Notes under the pieces: model-generated | What the model was told of the DNA's origin: nothing | The model's database searches: none | Seen by the model: the letters and a program-made list of their open reading frames with translations, nothing else | Shown here: positions 13,339 through 26,694 of the stretch, in pieces | How positions within the stretch are numbered: the first letter of the stretch is position 1 | Layout: each line of letters begins with the position of its first letter | Made by a program: the position numbers and the translations under genes | NCBI GenBank assembly: GCA_026026165.1 | Contig: JAPEUD010000040.1 | Span: forward strand, 124,001 to 188,000 | DNA length: 64,000 nt | Source: Sarea resinae | Lineage: Eukaryota | Reading direction: 5' to 3'

Positions 13339-14897
13339 ATGGCGGAAGACGGTAGCGTTGGTATGTGCATTTTTTCAAAGGTCGCCCGCCAGGTTTCCTT
13401 CGAGGAAGAGCTGCTGCGGGTCGAAAGCTCAGTGACGAATTCATTGTGCGCCGTAATGAGGACACGACTAATCCATGGACACCACCCACAGACTACACGC
13501 TCAACAATCCTGATACTCTCACCAAGTACAAGACCGCAGCGCAGATTTCGCAGAAGGTCTTGGAAGCCGTGACAGGTACGTAATAGGCCTCGTGGTCTTT
13601 CTGATATGAGGATGTGTAGTGGCTGACCGACTATTCCAAAGGTTGGTGTGTGGAGGGAGAAACCATTCTTAAACTCTGTGAACGGGGTGACAAACTCCTA
13701 GAGGAGGAGATCGCCAAGGTTTACAAGGGGAAGAAGATATCCAAAGGTACGGTTGCGAGCTATTACTGGGTGCAAAGGGTGGAAATTGACGTCGTCCCAT
13801 TATGCAGGAATCTCGCACCCTACGACTGTTTCGCCCAGCTCTTTCGTCACACCTTACACTCCCCTGTCTTCAGATGCTGAAGAGGCTACTGTCACGCTCA
13901 AAGCATCCGAAGTCGTGAAGATTCAGCTCGGCGCTCAGATCGATGGATTCGGCACCATAGTCTGCGATACTATCATAGTTCCCTCTAGCGAGAACAAGAA
14001 CGATGAGCTTCCAGGTAGGGAGGCAGATCTACTGCTCGCGACCCATTATGCAAATGAATTGCTCCTAAGGCTTATGGTCCCCCGCGGCTTGTTGGCATCC
14101 GGTACTGAGGAAGAGAAGAAGAAAGCGGCTGCCGAAAAGCACATCACCCAATCCCGGATGAACAGTCTTTTGCAAAAGGTGGTTGAGAGCTATGGCTGCA
14201 GCCTGGTAGAGAGCACTACTTGCTGGCTATTTGAGAGAAATGAGATTGAAGGAAAGAAGAAGATCGTACTTGCACCTGGCGAGGGCGTCAAGGGAGAGGG
14301 CATCCCAGAACTAGGGGAGGTCTGGGGCGTTGAAGTGGGGGTCAGCTTGGGCACTGGCAAGGTCAAGAACTTGGCTAATCGGACAACCCTTCACCGTCGT
14401 ACGACAACAACCTACGGTCTCAAAAGACCGAGCTCCAGAGCTACTCTTTCCGAAATCGTCAAGAAGTTTGGCACCTTCCCCTTCAGTCTGCGACAGCTTG
14501 ACGACGAAAGAGCTGCTAAAGTCGGTGTGGTCGAATGTGTTCGGTCAAATGTGCTGAGGCAGTATGAAGTCGTAGGTGACAAGGACGGTGAGCCCGTGGC
14601 TAGGCTGTTCAGCACTGTTGGTAAGTAGTCCAGGGTCATCCCGCCTTCAACATTGACGCTGATACGTATCATCTAGCCATCACTAAGAATGGAATTACTC
14701 GTCTCTCGGCACCTGCCTCGCCTGATTTGGAAAAGTTCAAGACCGACAAGAAAATTACCGATGAAGAGGTTCTAAAGATCTTGGAGCAGCCCATTGCGAA
14801 GAACACGGGCACAAAGAGCAAGAACAAGAAGAAGAAGAAGAAGACTGCCAAGAAGGTCTCCGAAGAGGAAGAGGGCGAGAGCAGTGACGAAGAGTAA
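13339..14897 (+). CDS. cdb4: Curved DNA-binding protein Cdb4 / PA2G4(Ebp1)-like, M24 peptidase fold; 5 exons
   Basis: Spliced product MAEDGSVDYTLNNPDTLTKYKTAAQIS...GISHPTTVS...LGAQIDGF...KFGTFPFSLR..GVVEC; Lys-rich C-terminus; TAA at 14895-14897; four canonical introns. Confidence 0.88.
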
Positions 14898-15784
14898 ATG
14901 CCGGCGCCAAAAGCAGGTCATGGAGAGGGCTCCATCTAGATGCAGGCATTCTTCTCCGTCGTTCCAAAACCTGACCCAGATTGCACTTTTTCGTTTATGC
15001 TACGCCAGATAGCGAATTTTTCGGATATGGTGAAGCTACGGATTCGCGATGTGTCGCAGACTTTGGTCTTTGGGGTGGATGCGTCTGTATCTAAAGCAAT
15101 CCGACACATGAAGTCGACGCATAGCAAAAGCAATGACAAGCATTAGAGAGCCTGTCTGTTATTCAATTTAGTGATGCGCCATGATACAAGAGTCTCTTCT
15201 CGTTGGCATGACGGTGGCAACTTGAAAAAGCTTTGACACTTGCAATCAATAATGTCACGAGGACTGACCTTCTTACTTTCTCTTCAATGCAGGTCGACAA
15301 ACGGTCCCAGTCTAAACATTTCAATCTTCATCCTAGGCACCTCGGTAGTCCTCCCTTTTCCTTCACACCTCATGGTCGCACCTATGGAGTGAAGAGTTGG
15401 TGAGGTTTATGCCAAGGGTGAATATTAATTCCAAAGACTTGCACGAGTCTATTTGAACTGATTTATTACACTGCGAAATTCTCCTCAATCAGTCTCTTGT
15501 CACGTTCCCGGCGAAGTGAGCAAGAACCCCTGATCCGGGCTAGGAGGCAGTTCATCTTCCGTACTTCTCGCTTGCAAACCGTCACCATCTATCTCTCACT
15601 CCAAGTAATTCAACCATAAAGCATACGCGACTTGGACCGCGATAGGGAGTCCGGTTCACTTCAACCACACAATTGCGAGTGTCGCAGGTTCATTCCTCCT
15701 CTCCCTTGATTTATCTGAGTCTTTTGCTAACGCGTTTGCAGTGTCTTCATACGCTTCGTGGACCTCGCTAGGAGGCGTGCCGTG

Positions 15785-18700
15785 ATGACCTCGATGAGAC
15801 CCACCCGGAAGTCGTCGCGCGTGTCGAGCCCGTCAAACCTCAACGGAAGAATCTCATTATCTATGCCGTCGACAGATCAAGCCAAGGGAGAGAAAAAGAA
15901 GACGTTCATGGATAACTGGGTTGAGCCGCCTCTGCGGCCAGCCGCCCCGAGCTTCGAAGACTACAAAGGACTAGAGAGACACGGAGTTCTGGAGCATATG
16001 GCGCCCCTCGGAAATCTACCCAGTGCGAAAGTGAAAGCACGCGTAAAGGCAGATCAACCTCACCGTCGTGTCATTCATACCAAACAACCACAGGTCAAGG
16101 TGGCAAAGGAGGCAAAGGAGTCAAAGGAGCGGGTCGTGACGCCCGAGAGAACATCGATTCCTGCGATGGGCAGGAGGTCCGAGTCACGTCGATCAGAACT
16201 ACGAGCCCCAAAGACACCGATCTCATACAAGGAAGAGGCGGATGATGACTATATTCCTCATGTGTCTACTCGCCACTCCGCGAAAGGAGCCTCCGCCCAA
16301 GCTTCACCTCAAACAACTTCGACCTTCTGGACGCCAACCGGTCGAGCTCAACTCGAAGAAGTGGTGAATGTTTCTGTACAAAAAGCTACGAGCGTTGGAA
16401 ATCCTGTCCTCGGGCTCTGCATCAAGAAAATTTTCGCGGATGGCCACCAGAACCGAAAATTGGCCGAAATATTAGAAGCCGTCTTATTACAACGGGCAAC
16501 ACCACAGCAACTGGCCGCCTTTCAAGCTTGCATCAAAGAGGCGAGAAAAGAGATCAAGGGTAAAGGCTCATCATCGAAGAGCAGTCGAAAATCATCCATC
16601 GCTGGTGTTGTGGCTCGATCAACGACATCTGCGTCCAAGTCGCCTTCCAAGAGTGGGCGCTCGGCTGTTACGGGTGCACTACGAAATAACGTGGCGAAGG
16701 AAGGAGCGGAACCCACCACTCCTCAAACCACCCAGACACATCAAAAGGAGACATCAGCCGAGCAAAAGCAAGCTCAAGCCAACGGAATGTCTTTGAGGCA
16801 TGGGAGAAAAACTCGTTCGAAGAGTGCTTCGAGTTCGTCCTCATTGTCGTCGCTCTCTTCCCTGGACCAGAACTTCGCCCCTTCAATGGAAGTGGACCAC
16901 GCCAACTCTGCCGAGACCCATGCACAACTCCAACCAATGAACACCTCCCAAAAGCAACCATCGCTCGGTCCGAAACTACACACATTCTCGACCAGCAACC
17001 CTTGCACCAACAACCCTCATAAACGGTCGTCTATCGCTGCTGGGCTTGAACATGATGATGTTGAAGTCGCAGCAGCCGCAAAACGTCAAAAGCTTGCTAA
17101 AGCCAAATCTTTCGATGATTACAAGGTAACGTACAGCAGCATCCGTCCTGGTGCTTCCCGCAAAGAGAGCGATTGGCCCGGTTCTGTCGCGGCAAAGCCT
17201 TTGCCATCCACAGCTGGCCCTGTGCATCAACTACGGCTGCGCAACGGGATTCCTGGGAGAATCGCCAGAGATGAGCACGAGGAGCTACGCTCACCTTCGA
17301 TTTCCCTCCCACGGGAATTTCTTTCGCCAGGGCCGTCTGCGACGGGAAAGCCCTCGAGAGCGAGCACGCCTAATCAGCTTGGTCGTCCACCCAAGAAGGC
17401 GAAGAAAGGCGCCCGCATCAAGATGTCGTAAGTAATGTTTCATTCACTTTTGATTTGCGCGTCTTGCAAGTATGAATATTCTTTTCTGAGCGAGGCTGGT
17501 GATACGCGTCGCGAAATCCACCTCTTAGTCTTCGGCTGTTTCACCACCCACCGACCAGTCATCTTGCACCCACTTTTGTTGGACATTCAGACACCACGTT
17601 GGACAAGCAGAAGTCATCCAGCACAATGAAACTAATACGTACGTGTTTTCCTAGACCGACCAAAAAGAAGACAGGGGTCATCGCCGGCATCGCTCGCGGG
17701 GGCAATGCAGGCAGCAGCTCGCTCGGCTATGATGAGAACGAAGAGGTAAGACAAAAAGCTGTTACACTGCTTTGTCTTCGAGGTCGCATCCCTCATCACG
17801 TGTTACCATACTGACGTTCTGCAAGCAGTCCGACAACGACGATCTCTGTTCAGCTTGTGGCGGTAGCGGCTATCTTCTCTGTTGTGATGGATGTGATCGA
17901 TCTTTCCATCTCACTTGCTTAGATCCTCCTCTTGATCCTAAGGCACTCCCTGAATCCTGGTTCTGCTACATATGTGAGGCCAAGAAATCTCCTCCACCGA
18001 AGCGTCCTCGCGGACTGTTCGCGGCTCTCGATGCCAACCTTGAGAAGAAGAATCCTGTGGCATTCCATCTTCCTCGCGAGATTCGAGAGTATTTCGAAGG
18101 AGTCAAAACGGGAGAGGAGGGCGAGTACGAAGAGGCTGTCACTCAGAAGTCTAGCCGGTAAGATGACCTCGGCTCTTTCTTTGTCTGGAATACGTACTAA
18201 CCGTGGCTAGAACACGCCCTGGTTATGATGAAACTCCGGATCTACTGAAGTTGAAAGATTCCAAAGGCAAATCTATATTGTGCTTCCGATGTGGAAAGTC
18301 GGCTCTCAGTCATCAAGAGATCATTCCGTGTGACTTCTGTAGCCTGCAATGGCATCTCGACTGCTTGGACCCGCCAATGGCGAACCCTCCTCCGCGGGCT
18401 CCAAACGGCAAGAATAGGCATCGCTGGATGTGTCCCAACCATATTGACCACGAGCTGCTCACTCTCGACTTGTCGGTCAGAGAGTCTATTCAAAACGGAA
18501 CCGCAAGCGGCATCGGTCGTACGCACAAAGTACGCCGCCCCAAGAATGCTCGAATCGTCGATACGGCGCTCCGTCGTGGATTCGTCAACAACGGACTCAT
18601 TGAGATTGAGAACGACGAGTCGAGCGAGGCGGAGGAGTTCCACGATCAAGAAGAGTTTGGTGTCGTCTACCGTCTACCTGAGCTGGGCGTCAAGCTAGAC

Positions 18701-19374
18701 TTTATCGACAAGATCAAGAGGTGAGCTTTTTGGCTAGTTGGTCGATTCCTGATGCTAACACGAGTCTCAGAACCCGCCCTAGGGAAAAGCATCCGTCAAA
18801 CGTATATCCAGCAACCGCAAGACTGGCCGAGCGAAAGCTCCGTGCAGACGCAGCAGCAGAGATGCGACTCCGCTCCGACCTTAATAAGCGCTCATTCATC
18901 GATCGCAAGGCGGCTCTCAACCTTGCACAGATTGCTTCCGCACAAGATGATCTGAACCTTGGTGCCAACGAGGTCGAGAATCTCATCAACACGCTCATTG
19001 TAAGCTTCTGCTCCTGATGATGTCGGACGATGTGTAAAACCTCAGTAGCTAACTCTGTTAATCAAAAGGCCGAATCTCCTGAGGACGTGGTCGCGATGAT
19101 GGATGTCGATGAGCCGAACGTTAGTACTCCTGCCACGACCACGCATCCAGCCGATCCCCCCTCGCCGCCTACATCCGAGGAACGCTCCGCGCTCTTCGAT
19201 GTCCATGGGAAGACCAAAGAGCAGACAAAGGTCCAAGACAAGGAGAAAGAGAAACGCACACTTCTTTTGCTGCAGGAGCTCATCCGTCGTCGTTTGGAGG
19301 GTGCTGGCGATGCTGACGCTGATGCTGGTGCTGGTGCTACGGCCGGAGCTCAAGATCAGAGCCAGGACGTCTAA
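15785..19374 (+). CDS. Double PHD-finger protein, Rco1/Cph1-like (probable Rpd3S histone deacetylase subunit); about 6 exons
   Basis: PHD1 DNDDLCSACGGSGYLLCCDGCDRSFHLTCLDPP..WFCYIC; NPVAFHLPREIREYFEGV; PHD2 CFRC..IIPCDFCSLQWHLDCLDPP..WMCPNH; NNGLIEI; LPELGVKLDFIDK; canonical introns link the ORF pieces. Confidence 0.82.
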
Positions 19375-20120
19375 TCACGGGGACTTGTCTAATTTTAGGT
19401 CCGGCTGGAGGTGGATAGATAGCTGGACGGCAGGACGGACGAACGGGCTAATCTGGGATGGAACGGGATGGGCTCGGAATGGGATGGGGATGCTCTACTC
19501 TAATCGCGGCCTTTTGCACTGCGCCTTTCTTTTGTATCAATAGCATGCATGTCCGCCCGCCCGCCCGCGATCAATCAATCAAGCGTTTCTCCCTTTTTTT
19601 CTCTTTCTCTCTCCCTCACCCTCCGTTGTTTTCTGCGTCTCGTCCCTTCCTCCCCTTTTTTTTTCTCCCCCTCTCTTTCCTTACTAGGCGGAGCTACGGC
19701 CCAACCCCCTCCCTTTTCCCGCTTTCCTCTTCCTTGCTTCCTTGCTGGGTGGTCCTTCCTTGCTGGGTGGTTGGGTTACTATTGACATTGAACTTATAGG
19801 GACTAATGGGTTTATTATGCGGTGCTATGCTGTGTTGTCTACGTTCCTACCTACGTACCGACCAACCTGCCCATCTACCTTGATTTCTATTATCGCAGGA
19901 AACAGCCAAAGACGGGCAAGCAGACGGTGTGATGTACGGCCCAATGCAGCCAAGCCAGAGGCCAAAAGCTAGAAGCCAGGAGCCAGGAGTCTAGAAAGGA
20001 AGGCTCGTTTTATTGCATGATATGACAATGTTTTTGTATACAAATACAGATACAGAGACAGATACAGAGAGATCCCATTCCGCAGTAGACTAAGGAAACT
20101 AGATTTGATATGGTTTTGTT

Positions 20121-21815
20121 CTACAGGTATTTCTTGGGCGCGCTGGCACGACGGCGCTTGTAGACGACGTAGGCGGCCGCGAGCCCGAGCTGGAAGACCA
20201 GGACGACGAAGATGAAGAGGCCCATTCGGGGCGAGGAGGTATTGATGACTGTGGCGTGCGAGAGGAGGTGAGATCAGTTAGCGAGTGCAGGATAAGAGAG
20301 GTCGGAGGGAAAAGAGAAGATCGAAAAAGATATTCCATCAGAGGTTCAAGTCGGGGAGCAAGGGAAATACAAAACATACTCTGTCCCACACTCTGCGGCA
20401 AGCTCTGCAGGAGATTCGCATGCGTATCGCGCAGCGCATCCTGCAGCTTGTCCAGATTGTCCTTGTAGTCCTTGCCGCCGGCGACGTCCTTGCGGATCTC
20501 CTGCAGGACCTGCTCGATGCGCTGCACACGGCCGTCGATGCTGTTGAACTGGTCGTACGGGACGGCGGGGATGACGCGGCGTTGGAGCTCCTGGTGGTTG
20601 GCGGCCACACGCGCCGACATGTCGTCCAGCGTCTTGTAGAGCCGCGTCATCTGGTGAGACATCAGCTGCAGGCGGTTGTGGAGGTCGGCGAACTGGGCGT
20701 CTGTCGTCTTATACGATGACGGCGGTGTGGCGTCGTCCGTTAGGAGTTGTTGTTGCTGCTGTGAGTCCAGGGCAGCGCCGCTGTAATCTTGCGGGATGGG
20801 CGGGGGCATGCGGACTTCTTCGCGCGTGAAAGCGCTGGTGGTCGAGACGAGGAATTTATAGGCTTCGAACGAATCTGGCGATTCGGCTGACGCGGCCGAG
20901 ACGCCGAAGAAGTAGCCCGCTGGCAGTTTAACCTTGTCAGTGCGGAAGCAGACTTGGTTGTCGACCAGGACTTCGAAGAAGTCTGGGGCCTGGTGGATCT
21001 GCACATGCGACGGCCGTCCGAGGTTCCGGTAGGGATATTCGCAGTGGCCGAAAGATAGAGAGTCGACGGCGTGGTGGCTCTTGTAGTCGGTGGTGCCATC
21101 GTTGAGAAACCCTCGGACTGTTCCTCCCTGAAGAGTTGCTGGTCAGCGTTTGCCCACCATTTCCACCAGAAGAGCGCTTCCAGAACTAGGCTGCGCGCAC
21201 AGGTGAGGCATACCTTTCCGCCGTACATGTCAACCACCAGCACGAGCCCATCGAATTGTCCGATAGTGTATATGCTCGAGGTCCCAACCAAGCTCTCGCC
21301 GTCCTTTTCGTACCATATCTGAAGGTTTCCGCCGCCTCGTTCAGGGCCACTTGCTCGAAATTCGAAATCGGCTGTCCACTCCTGCGCCAGTTGTCTGTGC
21401 CAGGTCCCAAGCATTAGACAAGAGTGTTGCTCATGAGGACGATATGGATGCCCACCGATTCTCCGCCCATAAGGCCCCCCTTCGATTTCCCGGATATGGC
21501 GGCGTCAGTACCACTCGATCCGAAAGCTGCGTGGCGAATCAATTACCGTCAGCCATCGCGCGCTGAAGAATCAAGGTAGCATACCAGTTGTGGCATTTCG
21601 CCTTCTCCCGTTATGTGCCATCCTGGTATCGTTTGGCGGTTCGGTGATAAGCTAAAGGTAAACGCAATAGCCCATTAGCAGAGGGTAGAGATGGACTGGG
21701 ATCATGAACAATACCTTTGCTGATGGCCGAAGCTCAAGCTATCGATCATGTACTGTCCTTGGGCCACTGCGGCCGCCAAGAGAAGCCATAGCCAGTTGCG
21801 CGGACTGAGGTGCAT
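20121..21815 (-). CDS. L-type (legume-like) lectin ER-Golgi cargo receptor, Emp46/Emp47/ERGIC-53 family; multi-exon
   Basis: Signal peptide MHLSPRNWLWLLLAAAVAQG; lectin motifs (EWTADFEFRASG, FDGLVLVVD, GYFFGVSAAS..PDSFE); coiled coil; TM helix; C-terminal KKxx signal (..APKKYL*). Confidence 0.88.
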
Positions 21816-22035
21816 CTTGCAAGCTCGCGGTTGACGCCGTTGTCTACTCCGTGGAGGAATGGGCCGTTCGCTACCTTGGCATCGGCGAGACGCCAAACAC
21901 GCGCACCAGGGTCGCTCGTTCTTTGGACTCGAATTGGGAGATAAGTACAGAACTTCAGAGCTTTGATGTGGTAGTTGTAATGTTATGAGTCGTGCCGCTG
22001 TCCTGAGCTCGTAAAAGGTGCGGGTGTTGACGTAT

Positions 22036-22251
22036 TTATGTCGGGGATTTCTTGTAGTTGAGGACACTCTTCACGATACTAGCGACCGAGAGTCCGAGGA
22101 CGATAGCGACAAGAGGGTAACGGATTTCCTTGAACACAGCGGCGACCGAAGGACCGAATTCGACCGTCACGGAATGCTTGACGTTGAATGTCGCGAACTG
22201 AACGCTGTGTCTCGCGGATATTGCGGAGAATTCTGCAACGTCCATCACCAT
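22036..22251 (-). CDS. Candidate 71-aa single-pass membrane microprotein
   Basis: ATG-initiated, non-repetitive ORF with a hydrophobic stretch (YPLVAIVLGLSVASIVKSVL) and a basic tail; no homology recognised. Confidence 0.45.
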   Translation of the reverse strand: MVMDVAEFSAISARHSVQFATFNVKHSVTVEFGPSVAAVFKEIRYPLVAIVLGLSVASIVKSVLNYKKSPT

Positions 22252-22696
22252 CGATCTGGCGCCGTAGGGGATGAGAGTGGTGATGAGGGAAAGCTAGATG
22301 TATACAATGTGATGTATAAGGTGGGTAGGTGGGTTGGCTTGGGAATATATCGTCAATTCAAGGAATAACAATAATTATGATCATTTTTGGCTTGAAGACT
22401 ATCCAAACGGAAGATTCATATCAATCAAAGAGAAACACCAAGATCGGTATAGACATGGACTGGATATCCATGGCAGGGCATGGTGATGCAAATCGGCCGG
22501 AAAGAGCTAAAGATCGTGTGTCGCGGCTAATTTGTACGGAGACCTTCTATCTCCACCAGCAACAACCGGACGGCCAGGCAGAACCATCCCAGCCAATGTT
22601 TCTCGTAAAGGGTAGCCAAGCGCAGCGATACCTCTAGCCAGGCACGGAACAGGAGAACCAGGAGGGCCACTTGACTGATGCCTTCGATGTCTCTCC

Positions 22697-24555
<1,859 letters not shown>

Positions 24556-26694
24556 AGAATGAAAGAACATTCCGGCTTTGTTGCCATCTAAAGTGATGTC
24601 GGAGAAAGATCTCTGCAAAAATCCGACCGGCAATGGCTCACTCCCACTTCCTCTGGGCGGCTTCGGACCACGGCACATGATCGTTGCTATCTGAGAGAGG
24701 AGGGGGCGTCCAATTTGTCTCGCTTAGTCATCAGCAGCATCTTTCTTTCGGAGCCGGCCTCGCCTATTTAGCGGCGTCTTGACCTTTTCAGGCTCCGCGC
24801 CACGAGTGTCAGCCGTCGGCCAGCCGAAAGAGATCGAGGGACCGACCAACCTACTACTAATCCACCCGCAAGTGGCACTCTCTCCAGGTACCCTCCTCTT
24901 AGCCATCATCTGCTCGTTCGTGCTCGTGGATATCATGATGCGCCAGCCATGAAAACACCCCTAACGCCGCACTGCACTTCCGATCAGATTGCCCGGTCGC
25001 GGGCCCTGCATCTTCCCGTTGACGGTGGCTTTTTTCAGATAAGGCAGAGCTACGTCATCAGTGTTGGCGTAAACAAATGCTGCCCGTGTCAGCACACGAA
25101 CCGCCTCAATGGAGATCTGTCCCGTGCGAAACAATGAGCGCGTCTCCATTACTCGAAAGTGACAGGTCTCAATCGCGACAACCTTGACACCGGTTGCGAT
25201 GCCATTGACGCGGTTTTGACGCGCTTGTGAGGGCGGAGAGTGACGACGACTGCGGAGTAGGGACTGGATAGTCAATGCAGCGCTGTATCTGATCATTGGT
25301 ACTGTCTGAATTCTACGTAGACTTTCCGGTCACTGTGACACCTGCAGAGCATCCTCTCGGCGTCTTCTCGAAGCACGTAACGGGTGGGTGGTGTCTCATG
25401 ACAGAGGCACGACCGAGACCAAGCAGACTTTTGCTCCTGGGAGGCCGATCAGGACCCCTCGTCGACCCACGAGTGCCATGCTCGATCATGCAGTCTTCTA
25501 ATTCGCTGAAATAGACCTTTGAATACTCGTCCGAATCGCCTGCTCGCGCTCGTCAATCTGACTACCCCATTGTGCCCTTTCGGCGTCGTCGGGGTCGATT
25601 TGTCCTTGGGAGAGGGTCTGGAGGTGTTAGCTGGCTCGATGGGGTCCTCGAGTGACCAAAGTGACAATAGGAGAGGAGCGATAGGCGAAGATGGAGGAGC
25701 GAGGGGCACTAAGCCCGATCGGGCATGGGTCTACAGGACGGTTGACACCAAACCCTGCAGTTCCGCCCTCGAGGTCGCACGCCGCCCCGTCCATGTCCAT
25801 GTCGATGCCAAGCAGACAGTCTGGCCATGGTGGAAGCCATCGTGGGCGTGAAAGGGAAGAGGCAAGCGGCAAGAGACAAGAGACAAGAGACAAGAGAGCG
25901 GGAAGGGTGTAGATAGCAAATAGCCAGCCTGCTCCCTCTATCGACATCTGCCAGAACCGATCAACGTGAATGGCTCCGAGCAACTCCCTCGCAACGCAGC
26001 ACAGACCAAGGTCCAAAACTTCAAAAGGTTCAACGGCAGACTAGAGCCACGGCGGGAGGTACTTTCTACCTCGCATTCCCATGCACGGCCGCTTGACGCT
26101 CTAGTACCCGGGACCCATGTCCGCTCCCCTACCCTGATCGATGCCAATCTCTACCTACTCACTTACCATGACTTACCTGCCTACCTTGCCTACCTTAGCC
26201 TTCCTCTTCTTCCCCGACCTTCCCTTCTCCTCCATCTTCCTCTCTCCCACCGACCCACGACCTCTCATCGCAACCTCACCTCTCACCGTCTCGACAACCA
26301 CCACGCCATCAGGCCATCAAACCTCATCGCCAGCACCATCTCCGACATCTGTAAACATATCCTCTCGCGATTTACCGCATCGAGACGCGTGGGGAGCTTC
26401 GCATGTAAGATCCCACCCACCCCACCACCCCCCCGGCCCGTCTTATAGGCAACCCGGGGTGGGGAAGCCAAGCTTGTCCTCCACCTGTTTCTCTCTCCCC
26501 CCATCTTCCCAGAATGTCCTTTTTGTCCCAATTCATCCCAAACATCGGATTGTATCATGTTCTAGAGCATTCCGATATCAGGCTTATGTCGACTTTTGGG
26601 GCCATCTCAGAAAAGCCTTTCGTTCTAACTCCAGACAGTTCGTGCTGCAAATTCTCCAGGGCTTCTCGGTCCTTGACCGAGCTCGACTGCGGTC

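Noticed and set aside
24724..25296. Two minus-strand ORFs (70 and 111 aa) between ALG8 and ITC1
   Set aside because: No recognisable motif and no convincing splice model joining them
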